The notes below the pieces were generated by a model, which did not search any database, was not told the origin of the DNA, and saw nothing but the letters and a program-made list of their open reading frames with translations. A stretch of DNA of 44,295 nucleotides from a virus. Lineage: Duplodnaviria; Caudoviricetes. The translations under genes were made by a program, and so were the position numbers. Shown piece after piece: positions 27,377 to 36,545 of the stretch. How positions within the stretch are numbered: the first letter of the stretch is position 1; each line of letters opens with the position of its first letter. Location of the stretch: positions 1 through 44,295 of the IMG/VR virus record IMGVR_UViG_3300033067_002050. One strand, written 5' to 3'.

Positions 27377-27934
27377 ATGACAGAACAACAACGAATTAAA
27401 CAACGAGCATACCGAGCAGCTAATGCCGAAAGGGTTAAAGCCAATAGAAAACGATATATGGATGAAAATAAAGACATGATTAACCAAAAGAAAAAACTTT
27501 GGCGTGAGGCTAACCCCGATACCGTAAAACAAATGAATAAATTAAGCCATATTAAACGCAGGGATAAAACTAATGAGTATCAAAATATTAAATATAAAAA
27601 TAATCCAACATTTAGACTTAGAAAAAAAATGGCTAATGCCATTGGTAAAGCATTTAAACGAAACGGTTATCCGAAATCTTCAACCACTGAATTAATATTA
27701 GGTTGCTCTTATAATGATTTTAAAGAATATATTGAAAGCAAATTTGAATCATGGATGAATTGGAATAACTACGGTCTGTATAATGGTACTGAAAGGTATG
27801 GATGGGATATTGACCATATTATCCCAATAGCATCAGCAATGACAGAAAACGAAATTATTCAATTAAATCATTACACCAACTTACAGCCATTATGTAGTAA
27901 ACTTAACCGAGATATTAAACGGGATAATTTTTAA
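27377..27934 (+). CDS. HNH homing endonuclease
   Basis: LGCS..F..WMNW.NYG..WDIDHIIP..HYTNLQPL; ATG 27377 after ATATTTAT; antisense to its neighbours. Confidence 0.88.
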   Translation: MTEQQRIKQRAYRAANAERVKANRKRYMDENKDMINQKKKLWREANPDTVKQMNKLSHIKRRDKTNEYQNIKYKNNPTFRLRKKMANAIGKAFKRNGYPKSSTTELILGCSYNDFKEYIESKFESWMNWNNYGLYNGTERYGWDIDHIIPIASAMTENEIIQLNHYTNLQPLCSKLNRDIKRDNF

Positions 27935-28373
27935 TCTTGGGTTGTACTGCCGCCTTAGCGTTTATGTGGCACCATTCGTTTACCCAGTTCCTTTTTGTCT
28001 TGGTATGCTTATGACTCTTTACATGTCTGAATTCAATCTGACAGGTCAGGTTCATATCAACCAGCAGTTTTTTATATGCCTCCAACAATGAACCACCCCA
28101 CTTTGATGAAGTATAGTTATTATTTACGAGGTTTATCGTAGTAAGACTATCAGTATTGATGATTATTTTTTTAAGGTTGGTTAACTTACGACTACCAACC
28201 TTATGCAGGGCATTGATGATACATTTGAATTCAGCTTCATGTGAGGTTATTATTTCACCCTTCAATACACCAGCTTGCTTTATACGTCCCGTATCGGTTG
28301 TAATCCAGAACGCATAACCAGCAGCTTTTTGTGTGGGGTAAAAGGAAGCATCAGTATTGATTGTTACCATCAT
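27915..28373 (-). CDS. Ribonuclease HI-like protein
   Basis: NTDASF, EAEF, NTDS, FRHVKSH, NEWC. Confidence 0.88.
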   Translation of the reverse strand: MMVTINTDASFYPTQKAAGYAFWITTDTGRIKQAGVLKGEIITSHEAEFKCIINALHKVGSRKLTNLKKIIINTDSLTTINLVNNNYTSSKWGGSLLEAYKKLLVDMNLTCQIEFRHVKSHKHTKTKRNWVNEWCHINAKAAVQPKIKNYPV

Positions 28374-28377
28374 ACCC

Positions 28378-28782
28378 TTACATTTTAACAAAGCCATTCG
28401 TAATGAAATACTCATAGCTAACCTTGTTAGCAGAACACCAGAACATCAATGTATCCTTTTGTTCGCTGGTAAGTTTATTACCACCTTCTGTTAATAGCTG
28501 TGTTAATGTGCCTGACCATGTAAGCAAACGATACCAACCCAGCTTATGCAGGACTTGATAAGGATAAGAATAGTTTCCACCGATTTCATTTTCAAAATTA
28601 CGTTGTTTATCCCAATCCTTTCCGCAAAGTTTATCGAAGATATAATCGGAAGCCCATTGAGTGTGATTCATGTAACCGGAATCGTAGAGTTTACCGTCAG
28701 GTGACAGCCAAGCGTTATCAATACCCTTGTATTGTTTAATGGTAAGCGCTTTGTAGCTCCTTCTGTTAGGGATTCTTGCCAT
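28378..28782 (-). CDS. Hypothetical early protein
   Basis: WLSPDGK..H motif, own promoter. Confidence 0.8.
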   Translation of the reverse strand: MARIPNRRSYKALTIKQYKGIDNAWLSPDGKLYDSGYMNHTQWASDYIFDKLCGKDWDKQRNFENEIGGNYSYPYQVLHKLGWYRLLTWSGTLTQLLTEGGNKLTSEQKDTLMFWCSANKVSYEYFITNGFVKM

Positions 28783-29093
28783 AGTTGATTGATTTAGATA
28801 TCAAAGATAAGACTATTTATTCAAACTACCAAATAAATTTTAGCCCCCGTAACTAAATTCGGGGGCTAGTTTAATTATTCTAAGACTTAAAAATATTATA
28901 TACTCATTAATTTTAATAGGTGGGCGCTCGTATCATATTAATCGGTTTTAAAATACTTGAATTTTTGAATTTTACCGGGAAATTTGACTTGCTTTCTGTT
29001 CTTGATTTTAGATTAACGTTTCATGGTAATATGTTTTAAGGTTAAACAATCAATTCAACTCGAAGATATGTGATTTATTTCAATCCACCAAAA

Positions 29094-29558
29094 TTATTTT
29101 ACAGAGTAAACCACTTCTTTATCTTTGCTGGTTCCTTTGTGTTTTACCAGTTCAGCACGTTCCCAATGGTTACCCAAGTCGTTATAATTAAAGAAATTTT
29201 CTTCTTTGGTGATATACAGGACTTCAGTGTCAGCATCTTTCATATCCAGCGTATTGGCCACAAAATCACTGTGACAAGGCCTTGCAAACAGGAGGAGAAC
29301 CTTATTCCCAACCCCTACAAAAAGCTTAGGGTGGTCTTCAATACGCCATGGCATGATACGAACACCAGTTTTTAAATATTCATTACCATCAAATTCACCC
29401 ATGGGTTCAAACCCCAGCACCTTGGCACCCAGTTTATTAAGCCCTCTGGTTATATGGCCTTCACCGGCTCCGATATCATAAATAATACGGTCACCAGCAT
29501 AATCTTTCAGCCATTGAAGCATTTCAGTATTCGGTTCGAAGAATTTAATTCCAAACAT
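29094..29558 (-). CDS. SAM-dependent methyltransferase-like protein
   Basis: IYDIGAGEG motif I. Confidence 0.65.
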   Translation of the reverse strand: MFGIKFFEPNTEMLQWLKDYAGDRIIYDIGAGEGHITRGLNKLGAKVLGFEPMGEFDGNEYLKTGVRIMPWRIEDHPKLFVGVGNKVLLLFARPCHSDFVANTLDMKDADTEVLYITKEENFFNYNDLGNHWERAELVKHKGTSKDKEVVYSVK

Positions 29559-29623
29559 AGTTGATTATTTTAGAATACAAATATAAGACTATTTTTGATA
29601 TCCACCAAATTTATTTTATGAAC

Positions 29624-29851
29624 CTATACCGAAGGGGCTTTTTGTGTTCCACGGTTTTTGTTTGTATCATCGGTATCATCAAATGGCTCAGTACCCTCCA
29701 TATCATATAACAGTTCAATTTCACGTCCGGTAAGGGTTTCCCAGCGCCGTACACTACCAACCAATTCCGTATTGGTATCGCATATTTGAGTTTTTTGCAA
29801 TGATGATAATCCGTTCCACCATTGCATAGCTAATTGTCTTTTATTTTTCAT
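29624..29851 (-). CDS. Hypothetical protein
   Basis: Likely start 29851. Confidence 0.65.
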   Translation of the reverse strand: MKNKRQLAMQWWNGLSSLQKTQICDTNTELVGSVRRWETLTGREIELLYDMEGTEPFDDTDDTNKNRGTQKAPSV

Positions 29852-29861
29852 ATCGTTTATT

Positions 29862-30437
29862 TTATTCGGCCAATTCGCCAACATGGTCAAGCATACCATT
29901 GGTTTTTACATCGTCTCCGTAGAATCCCCAGCAGCTATCTTCTTCTTCACCCTTTTCATTGAACACTCTGAAGCCATATACTTCACCAGCGATATACTGA
30001 TTGAGTGTTTCCACTTCACCTTTAACCACTGTCAATGCTTTATTAATGGCTTTTTGTGTAATACGTTTCAGGTTATATTCTTTGCGCAGGTCTGACTTTG
30101 TAACAACAGCAAAGCCAATTGTACCACTATCCCAAGGACAGTTGAAAGGATACTCATTAGCAGACAGGGAGATACCGGCACCACCATGTTCGTAGTAATG
30201 AACAGGTAAACAGATAACAGCGTCCATCATTTTCTTTACGTCTTCAGCGCCTTGTTCAGCGAATTCCCAGCGGCTAGCATAGCTGCGATTCAGTACGATA
30301 TTATGTTTATCACCTAAGCTTTCTTTACCACCGAAGAAAACCATCTTTGCGAGGTTATCCCATGAGCGGGGAGATTCAGCTGAACCATCGTTATAGACTT
30401 TTAATGTTTTGCCGTTTTTGAGTTTGTATTCTTGCAT
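29862..30437 (-). CDS. Conserved-looking hypothetical early protein
   Basis: SPRSWDN..YEHGG..WDSG..GEVYGF..DSCWGFYG. Confidence 0.85.
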   Translation of the reverse strand: MQEYKLKNGKTLKVYNDGSAESPRSWDNLAKMVFFGGKESLGDKHNIVLNRSYASRWEFAEQGAEDVKKMMDAVICLPVHYYEHGGAGISLSANEYPFNCPWDSGTIGFAVVTKSDLRKEYNLKRITQKAINKALTVVKGEVETLNQYIAGEVYGFRVFNEKGEEEDSCWGFYGDDVKTNGMLDHVGELAE

Positions 30438-30489
30438 AGTTGTTAATTTGATAGGTCAAAGATAAGAGTATTTTTTGTAACCACCAAAT

Positions 30490-30813
30490 TTATTCATCAA
30501 GATAATTATCCTCAACCATAAGGAGGCACAGGTCAAGACAAATTAATCGCTCCATTTGTAACCATTCAGCACTTGTTGCGTCAAGATACATTTCTTCATC
30601 TTTATATCCAAACCAACAAACACCGACAACATATTCAATTTGTTCTTCTTTGGTTGGTTCAAACAATCCAAACTCTGGAAGTCTACTTGTAGTGTCTTTC
30701 ATAGCACAGTTAAGTATGTTTGAAAATTGGCCACAAAGGAAATTGTAACCAAGATAGTTAGTGATATTGTCTTTGGCTTCTAAATAAGCTGATTTTCTCG
30801 CTTCCTTTGTCAT
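30490..30813 (-). CDS. Hypothetical protein, paralog of 40779..41120
   Basis: PEF..F.PT.EE..W..R...L..C..M shared. Confidence 0.8.
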   Translation of the reverse strand: MTKEARKSAYLEAKDNITNYLGYNFLCGQFSNILNCAMKDTTSRLPEFGLFEPTKEEQIEYVVGVCWFGYKDEEMYLDATSAEWLQMERLICLDLCLLMVEDNYLDE

Positions 30814-30865
30814 AGCTGATTGTTTTAGAATATAAAGATAAGACTATTTTTGATATCCACCAAAT

Positions 30866-31108
30866 TTATTTTACAATTGGGTCACCACTCATTATCGGGA
30901 AAATCCATTTAGGGGGCATAGCCTGTCCCATATCGTCACTTGTTTTGATGAATGTGGGTTGCGAGATGATTGCGATAAATGCTGCCATTGCTCCGGTAAA
31001 GAACTCAGCTTGCATATGTTTATATTTAGCTGAACCCTTTTTGATATTATTCGCTTTTATGCGGGATTCAAATTGTTCTTCTACCGCTTTATAAATTGCA
31101 TCATTCAT
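30866..31108 (-). CDS. Hypothetical early protein
   Basis: Own promoter. Confidence 0.75.
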   Translation of the reverse strand: MNDAIYKAVEEQFESRIKANNIKKGSAKYKHMQAEFFTGAMAAFIAIISQPTFIKTSDDMGQAMPPKWIFPIMSGDPIVK

Positions 31109-31160
31109 AGTTGATTGTTTTAGAACTCAAAGATAAGACTATTTTTATTCCCCACCAAAT

Positions 31161-31352
31161 TTATTCTTCAAATATTGGGTCTTCAATATTCCCCTCATAT
31201 ATAGGAACCGATTTCCAATTTCCATCACCATTATTTTTTTTAAGCCATTCATTAACAAATGATTTTGAAAAAACTTGAAACGAATAAAATTCATCGGGTA
31301 TATTATGTAATCCATCAATACTTTCTATTTGATATCCGATAACTTCATTCAT
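31161..31352 (-). CDS. Hypothetical early protein
   Basis: Own promoter. Confidence 0.75.
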   Translation of the reverse strand: MNEVIGYQIESIDGLHNIPDEFYSFQVFSKSFVNEWLKKNNGDGNWKSVPIYEGNIEDPIFEE

Positions 31353-31389
31353 AATTGTTTGATTTAGGACACAAAGATAGGACTATTTT

Positions 31390-31551
31390 TCAATCCACCA
31401 AACTTTTCTTAAGAATTTTTTTGTTTTGGTTTCTATCATATTTTGTCTTATCTTTGTGAATGCGATTATATGATACCCTTCCGGCTTCCAATTCCAGCTG
31501 GCGGCTAACCTTGCGGCTCAGCTTCTCAATATGTTCCTTGGGGAGTTTCAT
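31390..31551 (-). CDS. 53-aa basic peptide (not in ORF track)
   Basis: MKLPKEHIEKLSRKVSRQLELEAGRVSYNRIHKDKTKYDRNQNKKILKKSLVD*. Confidence 0.65.
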   Translation of the reverse strand: MKLPKEHIEKLSRKVSRQLELEAGRVSYNRIHKDKTKYDRNQNKKILKKSLVD

Positions 31552-31556
31552 TACAT

Positions 31557-31796
31557 TTATTTGTAATATTCTTTTAAAAGCTTCTCACAATCGCTTACGG
31601 TTGGCATGGTGTAAAACGGCTTCTTTTGATTGATACATTTGCCAACAAATTCATTATTTTTATAAACGTAAACAAGGAAATGTTTTGCATCCTTAGAATT
31701 TACATAGTCATCTTCATTGTTCCACACGCCACAAACATTAACAGTTTTATTGTCAATCTCTGTTATCTCCAAAACGACTGTGTAATTATGTTTCAT
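31557..31796 (-). CDS. Hypothetical early protein
   Basis: Own promoter. Confidence 0.75.
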   Translation of the reverse strand: MKHNYTVVLEITEIDNKTVNVCGVWNNEDDYVNSKDAKHFLVYVYKNNEFVGKCINQKKPFYTMPTVSDCEKLLKEYYK

Positions 31797-31973
31797 AATT
31801 GATTTGTATTAGGACTCAAAGATAAGACTATTTATTCAATTCACCAAATTTATTTATGTATATGTACACAAAAGTGTACAGGGTGTAAAAAGAAAGGGTC
31901 CCACCACAGGACCCTTGGTGCCTAGCACCATAAAACAAAGCATCTTTATCTAGAGGGACCTTTCGGTCCTAGG

Positions 31974-32207
31974 TTAACCAATAAAGGGAGTAATGGTTTC
32001 TTTAAGGTCGAAGAACATCTTGCGCCCATCACCATTATGGTAATACAAACGGTCCAATGTGAAACTATCCCTCACAACCTCAAACCCGATACCATGTGTT
32101 TCGATGATATGGAATGTTTCACCCGTTTCATTGGCTACTGTTTGCGCATCCATAAATGCATTATCCAGTTGCTTGTAGGGCTTTTCTGTTAATTCTTTAA
32201 TTGTCAT
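31974..32207 (-). CDS. Hypothetical early protein
   Basis: Own promoter; GGACC-TTTC-GGTCC hairpin downstream. Confidence 0.75.
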   Translation of the reverse strand: MTIKELTEKPYKQLDNAFMDAQTVANETGETFHIIETHGIGFEVVRDSFTLDRLYYHNGDGRKMFFDLKETITPFIG

Positions 32208-32259
32208 GGCTGATTGATTTAGGATTCAAAGATAAGACTATTTTTTCAATTCACCAAAT

Positions 32260-32397
32260 TTATTTGAAGAAATCTTCTTTCCGTACCTTTATGGCTGACA
32301 CATACCATGCATAGGTATATTCAGGTGCGCTGAGTAATTTACTGAAAAATACAATCAGCTGCCATTTAAATAAGGTCTTATCAAATTTGAATATCAT
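32260..32397 (-). CDS. 45-aa hypothetical protein (not in ORF track)
   Basis: MIFKFDKTLFKWQLIV...; stop abuts the promoter repeat. Confidence 0.55.
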   Translation of the reverse strand: MIFKFDKTLFKWQLIVFFSKLLSAPEYTYAWYVSAIKVRKEDFFK

Positions 32398-32403
32398 ATA
32401 CAA

Positions 32404-32703
32404 TTATTTTATTGGTATGATTTTATCAATGTCTTCATCAGTCATTTCCGGTGAAGCGTCAAATAAATAAAAAGCTTCACCGAATGTAGTGGGGAATGAC
32501 CTGTGTCTGAATTGATGTATTGTTCTGGGTTTATGTATTGAATCATCACCCCTGAAGCTTCCCATGTATTGCCATGTTTCCCCGTTCTCAGGGTTAAGGG
32601 CAATCATTGGGTCAAGCTGGTCCTTGTTTATTGGATGTTCAGCCAATTGTTGCCACATCCGATTCCATTCAGCTGAATCCTGTTTGATTAATAACGCTTC
32701 CAT
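32404..32703 (-). CDS. Hypothetical protein
   Basis: ETWQYMGS..HQFRHR. Confidence 0.8.
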   Translation of the reverse strand: MEALLIKQDSAEWNRMWQQLAEHPINKDQLDPMIALNPENGETWQYMGSFRGDDSIHKPRTIHQFRHRSFPTTFGEAFYLFDASPEMTDEDIDKIIPIK

Positions 32704-32706
32704 ATA

Positions 32707-32904
32707 TCAGGAAGGTAATTGAAAATAGAATAAAGTAAAATCCCTTTTATCAAGGTCAGCCTTGAACTTTTTGATATCAAATACATGACGGTCAGGAGGG
32801 ATATTTTTTACCCGTACATTTGTGGAGACCCCCAACTGTTTAAACCACTCTTCCAATGATGGACGATTTGCTGGGGTAACGGTTGATGCGATTTTTAATG
32901 ACAT
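32707..32904 (-). CDS. Hypothetical early protein
   Basis: ATG 32904 after the promoter at 32925. Confidence 0.7.
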   Translation of the reverse strand: MSLKIASTVTPANRPSLEEWFKQLGVSTNVRVKNIPPDRHVFDIKKFKADLDKRDFTLFYFQLPS

Positions 32905-32957
32905 ATTGCTTTGTTTTGAGAATGTAAAGGTAAGACTATTTTTGATACCAACCAAAA

Positions 32958-33188
32958 CTATTCACTTATTTTCATATACTCAGCCAATTCTTTTTTGGTT
33001 GGTTTTTTCCAGTTCAGTAACATTCCGGTATCAATATCAATTTCCAGCTCAATGTAATCTCCACAATGGTCCTCAGGCATGATATCAGGTACGTACCCAT
33101 TGGTTTCTTTTACTACCTTACCATCAATTTCGAGTTTAGTTACACAAAGGTCTGAGGGTTTTCCGGTTACAAATAATATTCTTGCCAT
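32958..33188 (-). CDS. Hypothetical early protein
   Basis: GYVPD..GDYIELEID..G...NWK. Confidence 0.8.
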   Translation of the reverse strand: MARILFVTGKPSDLCVTKLEIDGKVVKETNGYVPDIMPEDHCGDYIELEIDIDTGMLLNWKKPTKKELAEYMKISE

Positions 33189-33240
33189 GATGTTTTGTAT
33201 TAGAATGTAAAGATAAGAGTATTTTTGGTTACTACCAAAT

Positions 33241-33471
33241 TTATCTGTAAAATTTACTGGAACGTTTATGAGTGGTAAATTGATGTGTTACATCTTTGGG
33301 GTCAGACGTTTGACCTTCGGCATATAATAGAACACTATGAACATGTTCATCCTCATGCATATCATTTTTAATAAATGACTTTACTTCATCTGAGGTATTG
33401 AATTCAAAATGATTTTCTGTGTAGTCGGCACCACCTCTGGTAGCTTCACGGACTTCAACTGAATATGACAT
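33241..33471 (-). CDS. Hypothetical early protein
   Basis: Own promoter. Confidence 0.75.
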   Translation of the reverse strand: MSYSVEVREATRGGADYTENHFEFNTSDEVKSFIKNDMHEDEHVHSVLLYAEGQTSDPKDVTHQFTTHKRSSKFYR

Positions 33472-33529
33472 ATCGCTTTGTTTTTAGAATATAAAGATAA
33501 GAGTATTTTTGGTACCTACCAAATTTATT

Positions 33530-33970
33530 TTATTCGGCTAACATGATATATTCATAATTTGTAGACATTACATTCAATACAGTAACCTCTTCAGCTACAT
33601 CGAATGACATACGATTAACGGTTGCGTGTTCCAAATTCTCATTCAGAATGGTATCAAACACATTTCCGTAATAAAAGTGCTGACCACCGCCTTCAGTTGT
33701 ATCGGTGGCTACTTCCCGGCCATCCAGCTCATTAATCAATTCAGTACTCAGTTCAGACTTAGCCAGCTGTAACACTTTAAGAGAAACAGTGGTATAGTTC
33801 TTACCATGTGCTTCAATCTTTCCACCAAAGATACGGGCTTTTTTTATTGCTTCAGAACGAGTATATAACTGTATCTTCCCCGGCTCTACCTCAGAACCAA
33901 TATAACCATCAACAACATATTCTTTTTTGATTAAATGCCCCTTAAGGAGCTTTACTTTGTAAACTTGCAT
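33530..33970 (-). CDS. Hypothetical early protein
   Basis: Own promoter. Confidence 0.8.
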   Translation of the reverse strand: MQVYKVKLLKGHLIKKEYVVDGYIGSEVEPGKIQLYTRSEAIKKARIFGGKIEAHGKNYTTVSLKVLQLAKSELSTELINELDGREVATDTTEGGGQHFYYGNVFDTILNENLEHATVNRMSFDVAEEVTVLNVMSTNYEYIMLAE

Positions 33971-34126
33971 ATCGCTTTGTTTTAGAATACAAATATAAGA
34001 CTATTTTTGATATCTACCAAATTTATTTTTCCTTAAATGTAGAAAGGCCACCCACAGGTAGCCTCTCTTAGGGACTCCAAAACGGTTGTCCCCATTTCTC
34101 TATTTCAACTAAACAATCCTTATTTG

Positions 34127-34231
34127 TCAGACACTCATTAACTTTGTACAAATAAATACAAATAATGAAAGTGATACAACACCCATTACAAACCATGTAA
34201 CAATTGCTGTCCAATTTAAATGCTTCATCAT
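34127..34231 (-). CDS. 34-aa single-transmembrane peptide
   Basis: MMKHLNWTAIVTWFVMGVVSLSLFVFICTKLMSV*. Confidence 0.55.
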   Translation of the reverse strand: MMKHLNWTAIVTWFVMGVVSLSLFVFICTKLMSV

Positions 34232-34332
34232 AAAAATTTATAAATCAACAATCCAATTATCAACAACCCTACCCCTGTTATACAAACAGAAAGTGGTAAT
34301 ATGTTTCGATATTGTCCGTCTCGGTTACTCAT
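34228..34332 (-). CDS. 34-aa single-transmembrane peptide
   Basis: MSNRDGQYRNILPLSVCITGVGLLIIGLLIYKFL*. Confidence 0.55.
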   Translation of the reverse strand: MSNRDGQYRNILPLSVCITGVGLLIIGLLIYKFL

Positions 34333-34369
34333 AACCTAAAGATATAAATATTCTATAACTTAACAAAAA

Positions 34370-34618
34370 TTATCCTTTCTTCAACACATTATACACCCGT
34401 GTCAATTCTGACATCCAAAATTCAAGTCCATCAATCGCTTCATTAATATCTCCATTACCATTGATGACCAATGCCCCAAGAAAAGCAGCAACAGGGTCAT
34501 CAAGATTCTCATCACCACACACCTCCAAGGCTTTCTCAACCTTTTTACCAAAATTTTCACGGCTACCAGCATCATGCTGTACCGCATGGCATTTATCAAT
34601 AAATTCTTGCAGTTCCAT
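34370..34618 (-). CDS. Hypothetical protein
   Basis: 82-aa ORF. Confidence 0.7.
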   Translation of the reverse strand: MELQEFIDKCHAVQHDAGSRENFGKKVEKALEVCGDENLDDPVAAFLGALVINGNGDINEAIDGLEFWMSELTRVYNVLKKG

Positions 34619-34747
34619 ATTAATTGTCGTTTATTGTTAACACCTTATGGTATTTCTCACATTCATAATCAAGAACCTCCTCATACGGTGGATGGTCAGC
34701 ATTATACAAGAAACAATTACCACGATTATCCGGCCCACCACCCAAAT

Positions 34748-35014
34748 TTATTTACAACCAAAAGCCATCTTAAACACCCGGAACAACGCCTCATTAGACT
34801 CAGTCCAACTGGAATCATAGTCAACAGATACATGAGTTTCATCATTCATTACAAAGAATCTCAATACTCTCAGGTGTTCCCTGTTCTTTACCATGACCAT
34901 ATAATTCCCGCCATTATCCTCTTGTTCGAGAATCTCAGTCCCCGGAGTCATACCAACCCATTGATTTACTTTCTTGGTATCATACCCCGCCGGAATTTCT
35001 AATATGTTTTCCAT
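34748..35014 (-). CDS. Hypothetical early protein
   Basis: ATG 35014 after the promoter at 35033. Confidence 0.75.
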   Translation of the reverse strand: MENILEIPAGYDTKKVNQWVGMTPGTEILEQEDNGGNYMVMVKNREHLRVLRFFVMNDETHVSVDYDSSWTESNEALFRVFKMAFGCK

Positions 35015-35065
35015 TGCTTTGTTTTTAGAATACAAATATAAGACTATTTTTGATATCCACCAAAT

Positions 35066-35395
35066 TTATTTTGCCATGGTACCATAACGGCTGGGAATCT
35101 CTCCGTTGCTCCACTTAACAGACCCTTTCATATAAGGTTCGGTATTACCCTTTGCCAGCTTCACATAGTTCTTATATGCATCCTTCAGGACCACAGAGTC
35201 ATGAGCGGTCTCATCAAAAGGATAGAAACCAAACAGGCTAACCTTTGGAACACCAAAGTATACAACCTTCTTGGATGTCTGACCATAGCGATGAATAGTC
35301 GCCCTGTTTTTAAACTTAGAATAGAGCACAGGTGTGCCGTCGTCATTGATAAGACCCAGTTTTGTCAACTTGGCCTGTATTTGTTTTGATGTCAT
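35066..35395 (-). CDS. Hypothetical protein
   Basis: 109 aa; stop abuts the promoter repeat. Confidence 0.75.
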   Translation of the reverse strand: MTSKQIQAKLTKLGLINDDGTPVLYSKFKNRATIHRYGQTSKKVVYFGVPKVSLFGFYPFDETAHDSVVLKDAYKNYVKLAKGNTEPYMKGSVKWSNGEIPSRYGTMAK

Positions 35396-35396
35396 A

Positions 35397-35852
35397 TTAA
35401 TAATTAAATTTTATGCTACTCTCTTTCATGATTTGTCTTTCAAGCCTTGTCATACCACGTTCAAAAAACGTATCATATGACCCAGTGGCCAATTCAATAT
35501 CCCGGTGATTTACGGCAAGATACTTACCAATTCCACGCATAGCGTTCTTGCTGGTACGCCCAAAATAACAATCGAATATAAGGGCTCCAATCGGTGCTAC
35601 AAAGACCTCACCCAATGCCTTGGGATTCCAATATTTTTGAAAGTCTTTGAAGGATTTGATTTTATCTTTGGGGAAAAACTCTTCAGGCCAATTCCCATCC
35701 TCCAGCTTGAAGTATTCGTATTCAATCCGTACATCTTCCAATGAATAAAACCTGTATTTCTTAGCTACGCCAAATTCACGTAACTTGGCGTTATGCTTAG
35801 CGATATTCTCCTCGCTTGTATCCTTTAATTGAAACTTTGTAAAACCACCCAT
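35397..35852 (-). CDS. Hypothetical early protein
   Basis: Own promoter. Confidence 0.8.
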   Translation of the reverse strand: MGGFTKFQLKDTSEENIAKHNAKLREFGVAKKYRFYSLEDVRIEYEYFKLEDGNWPEEFFPKDKIKSFKDFQKYWNPKALGEVFVAPIGALIFDCYFGRTSKNAMRGIGKYLAVNHRDIELATGSYDTFFERGMTRLERQIMKESSIKFNY

Positions 35853-35896
35853 GATTTAATGTTTTAGAGATGTAAAGATAAGACTAATTATTGATA

Positions 35897-36211
35897 TTAC
35901 AAAATATCCTCAGAATAAACTTCACCAGTTATTATATAGTTAATCATCACATAAAACGGCCCCCAAATACTTATTGTTAACATCAACAGATGATTAACAC
36001 AATCACCCCTGTTATCAAGAATCGGGAAAGCCTCTATAGTCGTAAGCTTTGACCCAGATAAATTCAACAAAAATATAAATGGAGTTGTAATAAAGTATCC
36101 AAATGCAAAGATTGTTAAGAGTGTTAACGGAAGCATATATCCCGCTAGTACGATAATCACACCCCAAAGGTAAACAATCGGGGACAATATAATACGAAGA
36201 ATTAGTTTCAT
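35897..36211 (-). CDS. Membrane protein
   Basis: Hydrophobic 104 aa. Confidence 0.7.
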   Translation of the reverse strand: MKLILRIILSPIVYLWGVIIVLAGYMLPLTLLTIFAFGYFITTPFIFLLNLSGSKLTTIEAFPILDNRGDCVNHLLMLTISIWGPFYVMINYIITGEVYSEDIL

Positions 36212-36221
36212 ATAGATGGTT

Positions 36222-36542
36222 TTAGATTCCTCTTTTCAAATGAATAGCATCAATTTTAGCCATATCCGTTTCCAGAAAAATATATCCCATTCTATTATGC
36301 CAATAGGCCAACCCGTGTCCCATTCCTTTCATATTAGAACCAGCTAAACGAATATCCTCTGTTTCATTTAAAGCTTTTTTAACATCACTCAGGTGCATAT
36401 CAGCACCTATTAAAGCTATTGAACAATCAACAAGGCTATGCACCCGCTTCTTTCTCCCTTCTAAATGTATAGATAACAGTTCAATAGCTTCTTTAGGTGT
36501 AAGCTTATGCTTATCTTCACTTATGACTTTTTTCTTTGCCAT
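36222..36542 (-). CDS. Hypothetical protein
   Basis: VHS..LIGAD..MGHGLA..FLET. Confidence 0.75.
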   Translation of the reverse strand: MAKKKVISEDKHKLTPKEAIELLSIHLEGRKKRVHSLVDCSIALIGADMHLSDVKKALNETEDIRLAGSNMKGMGHGLAYWHNRMGYIFLETDMAKIDAIHLKRGI

Positions 36543-36545
36543 GGC

